From Bacteroidia bacterium (GTDB lineage Bacteria > Bacteroidota > Bacteroidia > Flavobacteriales > Flavobacteriaceae): a stretch of 64,000 nucleotides of DNA. A program made the position numbers and the translations under genes. The notes under the pieces were generated by a model that was not told the origin of the DNA, made no database searches, and saw nothing but the letters and a program-made list of their open reading frames with translations. Position 1 is the first letter of the stretch. Every line of letters begins with the position of its first letter. The stretch covers positions 26,574 through 90,573 of the forward strand of contig JAUIDI010000011.1 in assembly GCA_030428705.1 (NCBI GenBank). Direction: 5' to 3'. Below are positions 1-8,754 of this stretch, piece after piece.

Positions 1-204
1 CCTGTTCAATCTTCAAATCATGTCGCTGCCGGATATGATGTAAATCAAGCTATTATGAGAATTGAATTTAAGAATGGAAACATCTATGAATATTACGATG
101 TACCTGAATATATTTGGGATGAATACTTGGCAGCAGATTCCAAAGGAAGCTATGCTCATACCAATATATATCCACCTAATTTCACTCAGCAAAGAATTGC
201 ATAA
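1..204 (+). CDS. KTSC domain-containing protein (5' end outside window)
   Basis: Frame 1 is open from base 1 to TAA at 202-204. Translation ..AAGYDVNQAIMRIEFKNGNIYEYYDVPEYIWDEYLAADSKGSYAHTNIY.. fits the KTSC pattern IEFxxGxxYxYxxVP...SKGxY. Absent from the ORF track because its start codon lies outside the window. Confidence 0.6.
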   Translation, partial: PVQSSNHVAAGYDVNQAIMRIEFKNGNIYEYYDVPEYIWDEYLAADSKGSYAHTNIYPPNFTQQRIA

Positions 205-210
205 TTGACA

Positions 211-1473
211 ATGGACAATAAAACACAAATAAAATGCCCTAACTGCGGAACCTCGATTGATGTTCAAGATATTTTAGCACATCAACTGGAAGATGAGATT
301 AAACAAAAGTATCAGGCTCAGTTAGTCGATGAAAAAAAGAAATATGAAGCTGAGCAAGAAAAACTTGAAAAGGCAAAGCAGGAATTCGAAGAAAGGAAAA
401 AGCAGCAAAATGAACTATTCCAAGAACGTCTGGAAAAGCAGCTAAAAGAAGACCGAAAAAACCTGGAAGAAAAACTCAAGGCCAAGCTTACAGAAGAACA
501 GTCCGAACAGTTTAAGGCTCTGCAAAAAGAGCTTAACGAAAAATCAGAACAAGTAAAGGAATTAAACCGTTCCAAAGCCGAGATCGAGAAACTCAAACGT
601 GAAAAGTCCGAGCTAAAGGAAGCTGCTGAAGCGGAAGCCCAAAAGAAACTGAATGAGGTATTGTTGGCCGAGCGCGACAAAATCCGAAAATCAGAAGAAG
701 AGAAAAACGAGCTGAAATTCCGTGAACTTCAAAAGCAACTGGAAGACCAAAAAAAGCTGACGGAAGAAATGAAGCGTAAGCAAGAGCAAGGTTCTATGCA
801 GCTTCAAGGGGAGGTACAAGAGCTGGCGATTGAAGAATGGCTGGCAGCGCAGTTTCCATTGGATAGCATCGATGAGGTAAAAAAAGGGGCAAGAGGCGCA
901 GACTGCATTCAGGTCGTAAATACCCGAAGCCGTCAAAACTGCGGTAAAATCTATTACGAAAGTAAACGCACCAAAGATTTCCATACCAGTTGGATAGAGA
1001 AATTCAAAGCGGATATGCGTGAACGTGATGCTGACATTGGCGTACTGGTCACGGAGGTCATGCCCTCTGGTCTCGACCGTATAGGCATGATGGATGGGGT
1101 TTGGGTCTGCACTTTTGAAGAATTTAAAGGACTTTCAGCCGTACTTAGGGAATCCATTATCCAGTTAAGCCTTGCTATGGCCACACAAGAAAATAAAGGA
1201 GATAAAATGGGTATGCTCTATGACTTTCTCACCAGCACCACTTTTCGCATGCAGATAGAGGCCATAGTTGAAGGGTTTTCCCAAATGAAATCTGATTTGG
1301 AGAGCGAAAAACGCTCCATGCAACGCATTTGGAAGCAAAGGGAGCGACAAATTGAAAAGGTCATCACCAACACCATTGATATGTACGGTTCCATAAAAGG
1401 TATTGCTGGTAATGCCATTCAATCTGTAAAAGCATTAGAGCTTCCATCAGGAGAAGATGAGGATCTAGAGTAG
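211..1473 (+). CDS. DUF2130 domain-containing protein (zinc ribbon, long coiled coil, RmuC/PD-(D/E)xK-like C-terminus)
   Basis: ATG at 211 (track ORF begins at TTG 205). N-terminal CPNCG zinc ribbon, a ~170-aa E/K/Q-rich coiled coil, then QGEVQE..PLDSIDEVKKGARGADCI..YYESKRTK..KFKADMRERDADIGVLVT, typical of DUF2130. Confidence 0.7.
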   Translation: MDNKTQIKCPNCGTSIDVQDILAHQLEDEIKQKYQAQLVDEKKKYEAEQEKLEKAKQEFEERKKQQNELFQERLEKQLKEDRKNLEEKLKAKLTEEQSEQFKALQKELNEKSEQVKELNRSKAEIEKLKREKSELKEAAEAEAQKKLNEVLLAERDKIRKSEEEKNELKFRELQKQLEDQKKLTEEMKRKQEQGSMQLQGEVQELAIEEWLAAQFPLDSIDEVKKGARGADCIQVVNTRSRQNCGKIYYESKRTKDFHTSWIEKFKADMRERDADIGVLVTEVMPSGLDRIGMMDGVWVCTFEEFKGLSAVLRESIIQLSLAMATQENKGDKMGMLYDFLTSTTFRMQIEAIVEGFSQMKSDLESEKRSMQRIWKQRERQIEKVITNTIDMYGSIKGIAGNAIQSVKALELPSGEDEDLE

Positions 1474-1545
1474 TTTTTTTGTAAAAGTTTGAAAATAATC
1501 AATAGATGATAATTTGCTCATAGACTTACCCGCCGAAACAGTTAG

Positions 1546-2436
1546 ATGCAATTCAGAGAAATGCGAGAGACTATAAAAATAGAGATTGATAACTTAATAT
1601 TCGACTGTCGCACAGATGGCGATAGGGACAATGAGCTAGTTATTTTTCTGCATGGTTGGCCTGAAACTTCAAGCATGTGGAAAAAATTAATGTCAAGAAT
1701 ATCAAAAAATGGTTTCTATTGTATAGCACCTAATTTAAGAGGGTATAGTAAAGGTGCTTGTCCGGACGGAGTAGAATATTACAGTTTAGATAAATTGGCC
1801 GATGATGTTTTAGGCATCTTTACGTTTTTTAATAAGTCAAAATTTCACCTTGTTGGCCATGATTGGGGAGCACTCATAGGTTGGAAATTGGTTCATGATA
1901 ATCCAGAAAAAATTTTAAGTTGGACGGCAATTTCAGTCCCACATCCACAGGCTTTTGGAAAAGCAATGGTCACAGACGAGGAACAAATTAAAATGAGCCA
2001 ATATGTAAAAAACTTTCAATTACCGGAACTTCCAGAAAAACAAATTGAAAAAGATGATTTTAAATTGCTAAGGAAACTGTGGAAGAATAGTAATTCGGAT
2101 GAAATAGAAGATTATTTGCAAGTTTTTAGAAATCCCAAACAGCTTACTGCCACCCTCAATTATTATCGAAGCAACTACGACTTGCTAAGAAAGGCTTCAA
2201 AAGAAGAAATACTAGGGGATATTCATGTTCCATCCTTATTTATTTGGGGAAATAAAGACCTTGCAATAGGTTCTTATTCCGTTAACCAAAGTCACCAATA
2301 CATGAAAAATGACTATGAATTTTTAGAACTGGATTCTGGACATTGGTTGATTCAGACGAACTATCAAGAATTGGAAAAAGCTATTGGTAATCATATCATA
2401 AAAAACAAGAACGACATTCGATTAAGACCAAGTTAA
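1546..2436 (+). CDS. alpha/beta hydrolase (epoxide-hydrolase-like)
   Basis: FLHGWPETSSMW oxyanion region, nucleophile elbow GHDWGA, C-terminal SGHW; 296 aa. Confidence 0.85.
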   Translation: MQFREMRETIKIEIDNLIFDCRTDGDRDNELVIFLHGWPETSSMWKKLMSRISKNGFYCIAPNLRGYSKGACPDGVEYYSLDKLADDVLGIFTFFNKSKFHLVGHDWGALIGWKLVHDNPEKILSWTAISVPHPQAFGKAMVTDEEQIKMSQYVKNFQLPELPEKQIEKDDFKLLRKLWKNSNSDEIEDYLQVFRNPKQLTATLNYYRSNYDLLRKASKEEILGDIHVPSLFIWGNKDLAIGSYSVNQSHQYMKNDYEFLELDSGHWLIQTNYQELEKAIGNHIIKNKNDIRLRPS

Positions 2437-2463
2437 ACTAAAGTTCAAAAAAAGGATTTAAAA

Positions 2464-3078
2464 TTGGACAAAGCCCTCAAGTTACATATTTTTTTGAATG
2501 GCAGCCAGCCAAAAATTTGGCGCGATATTTTGGTCCCGTCCGATATCACGTTTTACAAGCTGCACCATATCCTCCAAATAGCAATGGGATGGGAGAACAG
2601 TCATCTCTATGAATTCAGCATGGACGCCTATCGAATCGGCCAGCAATTCGAAGACTTGGAACTTCTAGGACCGGAAGAGATAATAGATTCTCGAACAATC
2701 AAAACCTGTGAGATACTTGAAAAGGAGGGGCAAAAACTGACCTATCTTTATGATTTCGGGGACTACTGGGAGCATTCGGTATCCCTGACACGAATCATCG
2801 ATGACCTGAGGATTCCGTTTCCAATATGTTGCGATGGCCAGCTCAACTGTCCTCCCGAGGATGTCGGTGGCCTTCCTGGTTTTTACGAGTTTTTAGATAT
2901 AATGGGCAAACCAAAGCATCCCGAACGAAAGGAGTACAAAGAATGGGTAAAAAGTAAGCTGGTAGCCATTGATGGGCAATATGACCCCGAAAAATTCCAT
3001 ATGGAAAGAACAAATTTGGTATTGTCCCAATTGGATACTTATATCCAAGAGTGGGAGGACGAATGTAATCAAGAGTAA
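2464..3078 (+). CDS. plasmid pRiA4b ORF-3-like family protein
   Basis: KIWRDILVPSDITFYKLHHILQIAMGWENSHLYEF and YLYDFGDYWEH match the pRiA4b ORF-3 family signature. Only a TTG start is available; 27 nt after the upstream gene. Confidence 0.75.
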   Translation: MDKALKLHIFLNGSQPKIWRDILVPSDITFYKLHHILQIAMGWENSHLYEFSMDAYRIGQQFEDLELLGPEEIIDSRTIKTCEILEKEGQKLTYLYDFGDYWEHSVSLTRIIDDLRIPFPICCDGQLNCPPEDVGGLPGFYEFLDIMGKPKHPERKEYKEWVKSKLVAIDGQYDPEKFHMERTNLVLSQLDTYIQEWEDECNQE

Positions 3079-3096
3079 AAGTCCAAAAAAACGAGT

Positions 3097-3699
3097 ATGA
3101 CAACTATTCTGAAACAAAGTGATTTTGAGGATTTTTGGATTAGAGTCTATCTCAATCCTAAAGAAGATTTCTTCACTGCATGTGCGGATCGTGCTTATCG
3201 TGATTTAAATAGAACCATCCATGGTCTTGCCAAAATTCAAACAAAAGACAACTATCTACGGATTAGGGCTATTCTAATTAAGATTTCAAAAGAATTGATT
3301 GATTTAGACTTCAAAGACCAACACTCTTTTGATAAAGCCCATCGAGCAAAATGTTACCAGCTAATCGAGTCCTTTAAAGCTGAATATGATACAGTCGAAT
3401 ATACCATAGGACAAGCCCAAAAATGGATTAACATGTTTTTGAAATATCTGTTCGCATTAGGTGAATCAAGAGTATCTGGTATATCAAAGAACTATGGTTA
3501 TTTCCACGTTCCATTAGATAATATAATTCAAGATTTGTTCTTGGACAAAGCACGTATTAAGAGAGTTCCAGTATCGTGGAGTCGTATTGTTGATTATGAG
3601 ATTTATCTTGATTATCAAAAGGAGATTCGAAAGTTTTACAAAAAAAGTATTCCCTTAGATGTTGAGTTCAAGCTATTCAACGGAGACGATATAGTATAA
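3097..3699 (+). CDS. hypothetical protein (200 aa, no family recognised)
   Basis: Clean ATG ORF 18 nt after the pRiA4b-like gene, same strand. No competing ORF and no recognisable motif. Confidence 0.55.
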   Translation: MTTILKQSDFEDFWIRVYLNPKEDFFTACADRAYRDLNRTIHGLAKIQTKDNYLRIRAILIKISKELIDLDFKDQHSFDKAHRAKCYQLIESFKAEYDTVEYTIGQAQKWINMFLKYLFALGESRVSGISKNYGYFHVPLDNIIQDLFLDKARIKRVPVSWSRIVDYEIYLDYQKEIRKFYKKSIPLDVEFKLFNGDDIV

Positions 3700-3819
3700 A
3701 GTTCAAATAAACGATTGCCAGTATTTGCAAAAGAACCAAAGAAATTCAATTAACTTAGTTCCCCGCCTAAGAGTTTTGCAAATACGCTCATTTAGTACAA
3801 ACTTTTGAATATTGATATA

Positions 3820-4044
3820 ATGGACAAAATATGGGTAATTACAATAGCGATAGCAGTCCTTTTGATTATAGGTTTTCTTTCTTATCATTTTCTTAAGGGC
3901 TATGTCAAAGAATCACTCGGCAAAAAGTGGCTGAGTGTTTGGGGAAATAGACTTTATTTCTGGCAAAGTTTACTATTTCTCAGCATAGCGGGTACCGTTT
4001 TGATTATGTTTTTATTGAAGTGGACAAATCTCTTGGTTTTCTAG
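3820..4044 (+). CDS. small hypothetical membrane protein (two predicted TM helices)
   Basis: ATG at 3820 (MDKIWVITIAIAVLLIIGFL..LLFLSIAGTVLIMFLL). Two hydrophobic segments; short, so uncertain. Confidence 0.4.
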   Translation: MDKIWVITIAIAVLLIIGFLSYHFLKGYVKESLGKKWLSVWGNRLYFWQSLLFLSIAGTVLIMFLLKWTNLLVF

Positions 4045-4120
4045 AGTCAAAGAAGTCATATCCTTCTCATATTGGATAAATAATAATTGACTGTTTTTTA
4101 AAGTTAAAAAGGAACATATT

Positions 4121-4303
4121 ATGGAATTAACCGAAATCTTTGATGGTTCTGGAGAATGCCCAATCTACTACCAACCACCGTATTACATATTACAGAAAGG
4201 AAAGAATGTATTCTCGCAATACGAATTTTTGGCTAGAAGGGATGTGCTAAATAAATACGGTAGACGAAAATATTTTGATGTTCAATTTTTGTTGGCTGAT
4301 TAA
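4121..4303 (+). CDS. hypothetical protein (60 aa)
   Basis: ATG ORF in an otherwise empty AT-rich gap; no motif. Confidence 0.3.
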   Translation: MELTEIFDGSGECPIYYQPPYYILQKGKNVFSQYEFLARRDVLNKYGRRKYFDVQFLLAD

Positions 4304-4442
4304 TTTGAAAGTTTCAATGATGCGAATAAAGTCGCATTAAAACTCAAGGAGAATGACATTTCTGGAAATGAAAGGTTCTTCGTTATAGGATATGCGGAAG
4401 CTCTGATAGTAAAAATGCACATTGAGCAAAATTTGCCTAACA

Positions 4443-5006
4443 ATGAAAAAAGCCTTGTTGATAATTGATATGCAGAAAGGGTCGTTTACTGAAAAGACTC
4501 CTAGATTTAACGCGGATGTGGTAATAACCAACATTAATACCATTGCAGCAGCGTTTCGAAAATCGGGCAACCACGTTATATTCATACAACATGATGGTAC
4601 TAAGGAGAACCAATTTATACCAGATTCCACAGAATGGGAATTATTGTCATCTTTGGAAGTGGAATCTGGGGATATTTTGATCGACAAAACTGCCAATGAT
4701 TCATTTTATCGGTCAAATTTGGGTAAGGTATTAAAAGAACTTGATGTCCAAGAATTGTTCATTACGGACTGTGCAACAGATTTTTGTGTTGAATCAACCA
4801 TTCAATCTGCCTTGACAAAGGACTATCGAATTGTAGTTGTAAGGAATGGACATACCACTGCCGATAGGCCACATATGTCAGCCGAACAGGTGATTGAGCA
4901 TTACAATTGGGTTTGGCAGAACATGACACCTACCAAGGGAGATATCAAACTAATTGATGCTGAGGAACTAGCCGCCAAAGTATTAGAAGACGGCGAGCAA
5001 AATTAG
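4443..5006 (+). CDS. isochorismatase-family cysteine hydrolase
   Basis: ATG 4443 gives MKKALLIIDMQKG. LFITDCATDFCVESTIQSAL is the catalytic-Cys region of the isochorismatase fold. Confidence 0.85.
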   Translation: MKKALLIIDMQKGSFTEKTPRFNADVVITNINTIAAAFRKSGNHVIFIQHDGTKENQFIPDSTEWELLSSLEVESGDILIDKTANDSFYRSNLGKVLKELDVQELFITDCATDFCVESTIQSALTKDYRIVVVRNGHTTADRPHMSAEQVIEHYNWVWQNMTPTKGDIKLIDAEELAAKVLEDGEQN

Positions 5007-5026
5007 GTATCACAATTTGTGATACC
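5006..5026 (+). terminator. hairpin after the isochorismatase gene (9-bp perfect stem, no clear T-run)
   Basis: GGTATCACA-att-TGTGATACC begins at the last base of the stop codon. Confidence 0.35.
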
Positions 5027-5169
5027 ACCATAATCAAAGAGGTCTTATAAACCCATACTGCACTTGAAACCCTAAAAATTAAGGCCAATAAGGGCGTAAT
5101 TTTTATCATGTAGTATCATGTGTTTTCAAATTTGGAAAAACCGAAAATCATTTGCTATATTGAGCATCT

Positions 5170-5451
5170 ATGAACGTTATCTGCATCGAAGAAAAAGCTT
5201 TTTACAACCTATTAGATAGGATGTTCAAGTATGTCCAATCCCAAATGGAAATGGATACTCCTGATAAATGGATCGGCAAAAAAGAAGCGATGGAGCTATT
5301 GAGAATAAAATCGTCTACCACCTTACAAAAATTACGGGACGAAGGCAAAATCAGGTTTTCGCAGCCTGAACGAAAACACATTGTTTATGATCGAGATTCC
5401 ATCAACGATTATCTTGAGGCGCATGCCAGAGAACCTTTTGATACAAACTAA
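5170..5451 (+). CDS. helix-turn-helix (excisionase/MerR-type) DNA-binding protein
   Basis: KWIGKKEAMELLRIKSSTTLQKLRDEGKIRFSQPERKHIVYDRDSINDYL is the HTH domain common next to mob genes in Bacteroidota elements. Confidence 0.7.
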   Translation: MNVICIEEKAFYNLLDRMFKYVQSQMEMDTPDKWIGKKEAMELLRIKSSTTLQKLRDEGKIRFSQPERKHIVYDRDSINDYLEAHAREPFDTN

Positions 5452-5521
5452 TCTCTTCTCATCATAACCAAAGTACAAACACTTAAGACCACATCCTTTC
5501 CCGATGATATTCTATTATAGA

Positions 5522-5546
5522 ATAAACCCTAAATATTAGGGTTTAT
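5522..5546 (+). terminator. 11-bp perfect hairpin downstream of the HTH gene
   Basis: ATAAACCCTAA-ata-TTAGGGTTTAT, preceded by a second palindrome ATTCTAT-t-ATAGAAT (5508-5522). No strong T-run, so it may be a protein-binding site rather than a terminator. Confidence 0.35.
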
Positions 5547-5589
5547 CTACAAATGAAATATCAAAATGAATCTTGTTTTTAATTTTTGG

Positions 5590-5790
5590 CTTTTCGGACA
5601 GGCTTTTCCCAAGCTCCTGCGGAAGTTCAAAAATTTTCCACTTCAAGACTTCCCGAGCGAACCGCTACGCTGGTTCGCACTCGGGGTCTTTGCGTTCCAA
5701 ATTTTCGAACCTCCTCGGAGCCACGCAAAAGAACAAGCGGCGGAAAAGCCGCTTGCCCTTTCTTCCCCCTACCCACAAAAAAAATTGAAT
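5590..5790. other. candidate oriT or structured non-coding region
   Basis: GC-rich relative to its flanks. It has no stop codon in any of the three forward frames for ~230 nt (three overlapping track ORFs). Strong hairpins at 5652-5685 (12-bp stem with a 2-nt bulge) and 5734-5755 (CAAGCGGC-ggaaaa-GCCGCTTG). Lies upstream of the mob genes. Confidence 0.3.
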
Positions 5791-6031
5791 ATTTCCGTAT
5801 TTCCTTGATTTTTTAAACACCGTATTAGACCAGATAAATTACTCGATTGGTCTCAAATATTCCCATATGGTTCTAAATGATATTTCGACTTAAAATATTG
5901 GTAATTAGATTGTTATAATCCAATCTGATTATATATATTTATCCACGTAGGTGGATAGCAAGTGATGTTTTGCGCACCGCAAAAACGCCTACTTCTGACG
6001 AAGTGAAAAAACGATAAAATCGGTTTAAGGA

Positions 6032-6421
6032 ATGGCTAGCAACAAAGGTGGAAGAAAACGTCTCGGAGACAGGAAAAGGGAGCATGCCATTACGCTTAGG
6101 TTCAATGGCAAGGAACTGGAAAAAGTGAAGACCATCCTGCAATCCTATAATCTTGATTTTTCGAAAAGGGGAACGGTCGGGCCTTTCCTAAGAAAGCTTA
6201 TTCTGAACGGAAAAACTACAAAGGAAAAACGGATTCCCGACGGTATCTCCAACCTTAGTTACCAGATCAACAAGATAGGCAACAACATCAACCAACTCGT
6301 CAAGGTTGCGAATTACAAGAACATGCGAAGCCCGAACTCGAACCTCGAAAGGGAAGTGCAAAAGGCCAGCGAATTGATGCTCGAACTCATAGAAACCATA
6401 AACGCCAAAAACCAAAAATGA
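6032..6421 (+). CDS. plasmid mobilization relaxosome protein MobC-like
   Basis: LSYQINKIGNNINQLVKVAN matches the MobC-family motif (IGxNxNQxxxxxN). Its stop overlaps the relaxase start (ATGA at 6418-6421). Confidence 0.75.
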   Translation: MASNKGGRKRLGDRKREHAITLRFNGKELEKVKTILQSYNLDFSKRGTVGPFLRKLILNGKTTKEKRIPDGISNLSYQINKIGNNINQLVKVANYKNMRSPNSNLEREVQKASELMLELIETINAKNQK

Positions 6422-8703
6422 TAGCCAGGATCCTTTATCGGGAAAATGTTCAGGGCGTACTGAACTATGTAACGGGCAAGTCCAAAAGTACTGTACTCGG
6501 TTTCCAGAATACCTATTCCGATACCGATACCGACATGAAGTTTTTCGGCAGGGTATTGTACCATCTTGGCAATCGGCACGATTCGGAAAAAAGATATCTG
6601 CACGCTTCATTGAACCTTCCCCGGGGAGAGAACTTGAACGACAGGGACTTTTTCGAACTCTCCAAGAAGTATATGGAACACATGGGCTATGGCGAACAAC
6701 CCTATGTCGTTATCCGTCATCACGATACCAAGCACGAGCATGTACACATCGTCTCGTCCACCATCAAGGAAGACTGTTTGCAGGTCAACCTATCCAACGA
6801 TATTAGAAGGAGTATCGCCACGCAGAAATACCTCGAAAAAGAGTTCGGACTTTCCCCATCTCCCGATACAAAACAGACCAAGGAACTCCCGAAATACGAA
6901 ATGCCCGAATTCCGAAATCGGGACATCAACGGGGTCAGGTTCTATATGCAGGACATCGTTAACAACACCCTTCAAAAGTACAAGGTGCGAAGTTTTACAG
7001 AACTGGCAGGACACCTCAAAAAACATCACATCGAGATAAAGACGGTCGAGCGAAATGGCAGGATGGGAGTATCCTATGGAGTTGCGGTAAAAGACGGCTA
7101 CAAGTCAAGGTTCATCAACGGCTATACCGTCCATCCACAATTGAGCGGCCCAAAACTGGAAAAGGTTTTCGAGCAGAACCGAAGCTCGAAACTGTTGCCG
7201 ATGGTCAAAAAGCGGTTGGAAAAACAAATACAGACCACTTACCGACTTTTCAGGACGATAAGCCCCGAACACTTTACCGACATCTTGGAATCCTATCAGA
7301 ATCTCGATTGCAAAGTAAATTATGATGACGAAGGAGAAGCCATGGATTTTACCATCTATGACAAATCGGGCTACGTACTCAGAGCAGAGGAAATAGCACC
7401 CCATATCGCGATCCGCAAAAACCCACAACTGTTCAATACCGGATACACCCAGATTAACGGGGAAAGAAAGCAGCTAAAACTGGAACTTCAAAAGTGCATC
7501 AAGGAAGCCTATAAAGAAACCTATCAAAATTCGGGGAGGCAGCTACTTTTCTCCGAATACATCGATAGGATGCCCATAAAACCGATAGTTACGGAAATGG
7601 TCAAATCCGAGCGTTTTTTATTTCTTAAAAAGTACCTGCATACTGACAACCGAGAATTGGGCAAACTGATAGATAAACAAATCTATATTGTTAAGGACAA
7701 GATACTCGTTCAAGAACTGGTCAGGGAAGAACAGGAATTAAAAGGGAAGGCCGAACTTATACGACAGGCAAGCGAGAAACGATTATTCGATGCACCGAGA
7801 CAACGGGGAATCCTCTTCGAACTTGTTAGAAGCCTTGGCACCGATTACGGTAGGGGCATGCTCCGATTTTCGAATTCCCGTCGGCATCAGGTCAAATTGA
7901 ACTTGGGCCAAATACCGTTACCGAAGCAAATCGACTTTTACGCTTCCCCAAGCTTTATCAGGGAAAACGAAAAAATACTGGACGGGCTTCTAAACGACAA
8001 AAACGAAAAAGAAATCCGCCCAAGCCCGACGGCGATATTCCTGCCCTTGATGTTCCCGAACCTTTATGCGGCCATGGCGAGAAAATATAGGGAGAGGTTT
8101 GAACAATTAAGTCTTAAAACCTATTGCCAATATGCCGCGCGCAAACAGGAGTCCATCGAGAAATCCCCGAGAGATTATATAGAATTCTTTAATGCCAAAG
8201 GCTTTTATTTTGAAAGAAAGGAAGAGAGGCTTTGCGTCGGTTCGATATATTCGAAGTATCCGGTAAGCGTTCCAATCTCCCCTAAAATTCAGGCCTATCT
8301 GGAATCTTCAAAAGACTTTAACATTGTGCTGAAAGGACAATCGGAAATCTTGGAAGACATCAAAACTTCTGGGCGCAACAATTTGAAAAGCCTCTGGGCC
8401 ACACATTTGATAGAGAGGGGGCAGTACAAAAAGGCGGCATATGTCTTCGTATTGGATGGGGTAAGGCCAAATCTTCCATTACAACAATTGGAACACCATA
8501 TGCAGAACGGATTGAGACAAGCTTTGGTCAGTGTTTCCCAAAAACAAGTAAATAACAATCAGGCGCGTCTAATTCGAAAGGGTGTTTATGTCCTTGGAAA
8601 TATACTTGGAGGCAAAGGCTATATCGAGGAAGAACTATTCAACGGTTTTAAGGATGAGTTTACTGATTTTACTAAATATAAGGGTAGGGGACTTTCGAAA
8701 TAA
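6418..8703 (+). CDS. relaxase/mobilization nuclease domain protein (761 aa, long C-terminal extension)
   Basis: N-terminal relaxase domain with LHASLNLP and the histidine triad IRHHDTKHEHVHIVSS. About 450 C-terminal residues have no recognisable motif. Confidence 0.85.
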   Translation: MIARILYRENVQGVLNYVTGKSKSTVLGFQNTYSDTDTDMKFFGRVLYHLGNRHDSEKRYLHASLNLPRGENLNDRDFFELSKKYMEHMGYGEQPYVVIRHHDTKHEHVHIVSSTIKEDCLQVNLSNDIRRSIATQKYLEKEFGLSPSPDTKQTKELPKYEMPEFRNRDINGVRFYMQDIVNNTLQKYKVRSFTELAGHLKKHHIEIKTVERNGRMGVSYGVAVKDGYKSRFINGYTVHPQLSGPKLEKVFEQNRSSKLLPMVKKRLEKQIQTTYRLFRTISPEHFTDILESYQNLDCKVNYDDEGEAMDFTIYDKSGYVLRAEEIAPHIAIRKNPQLFNTGYTQINGERKQLKLELQKCIKEAYKETYQNSGRQLLFSEYIDRMPIKPIVTEMVKSERFLFLKKYLHTDNRELGKLIDKQIYIVKDKILVQELVREEQELKGKAELIRQASEKRLFDAPRQRGILFELVRSLGTDYGRGMLRFSNSRRHQVKLNLGQIPLPKQIDFYASPSFIRENEKILDGLLNDKNEKEIRPSPTAIFLPLMFPNLYAAMARKYRERFEQLSLKTYCQYAARKQESIEKSPRDYIEFFNAKGFYFERKEERLCVGSIYSKYPVSVPISPKIQAYLESSKDFNIVLKGQSEILEDIKTSGRNNLKSLWATHLIERGQYKKAAYVFVLDGVRPNLPLQQLEHHMQNGLRQALVSVSQKQVNNNQARLIRKGVYVLGNILGGKGYIEEELFNGFKDEFTDFTKYKGRGLSK

Positions 8704-8754
8704 ATCCAAATTAGGTCAGTTTGATGACATATCACGCAACTCATTTAGTCTCAA

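Larger units (their letters stand above)
5170..8703 (+). mobile_element. mobilization module of an integrative/mobilizable element (HTH, candidate oriT, MobC-like, relaxase); no integrase or coupling protein in window
   Basis: Co-directional HTH, MobC-like and relaxase genes with a hairpin-rich non-coding spacer. This architecture is typical of Bacteroidota mobilizable elements. Confidence 0.6.

Noticed and set aside
318-1422. Several 66-120-aa minus-strand ORFs (318-680, 691-984, 954-1184, 1165-1422, 1218-1418) inside the DUF2130 gene
   Set aside because: They are antisense to a well-supported gene. They have low-complexity Ser/Phe-rich translations produced by the reverse complement of the GAA/AAG-rich coiled-coil codons.
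3097-3699. Possible HEPN-like Rx4-6H motif (RDLNRTIH) in the unknown 200-aa protein
   Set aside because: It is a single loose motif match without the surrounding helical signature, so it is not sufficient to assign a HEPN RNase.
5566-5816. Three overlapping plus-strand ORFs (71-80 aa) as protein-coding genes
   Set aside because: All three frames being open at once points to compositional or structural constraint rather than coding. The translations are Pro/Arg/Ser-rich with no motif, and hairpins dominate the region. It is treated as non-coding (candidate oriT or RNA).
6131-6141. ATCCTGC, resembling the IncP-type nick core, inside the MobC-like gene
   Set aside because: A 6-7-mer is expected by chance at this scale. 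It lies inside a coding sequence and has no flanking inverted repeat, so it is not enough to call a nick site.
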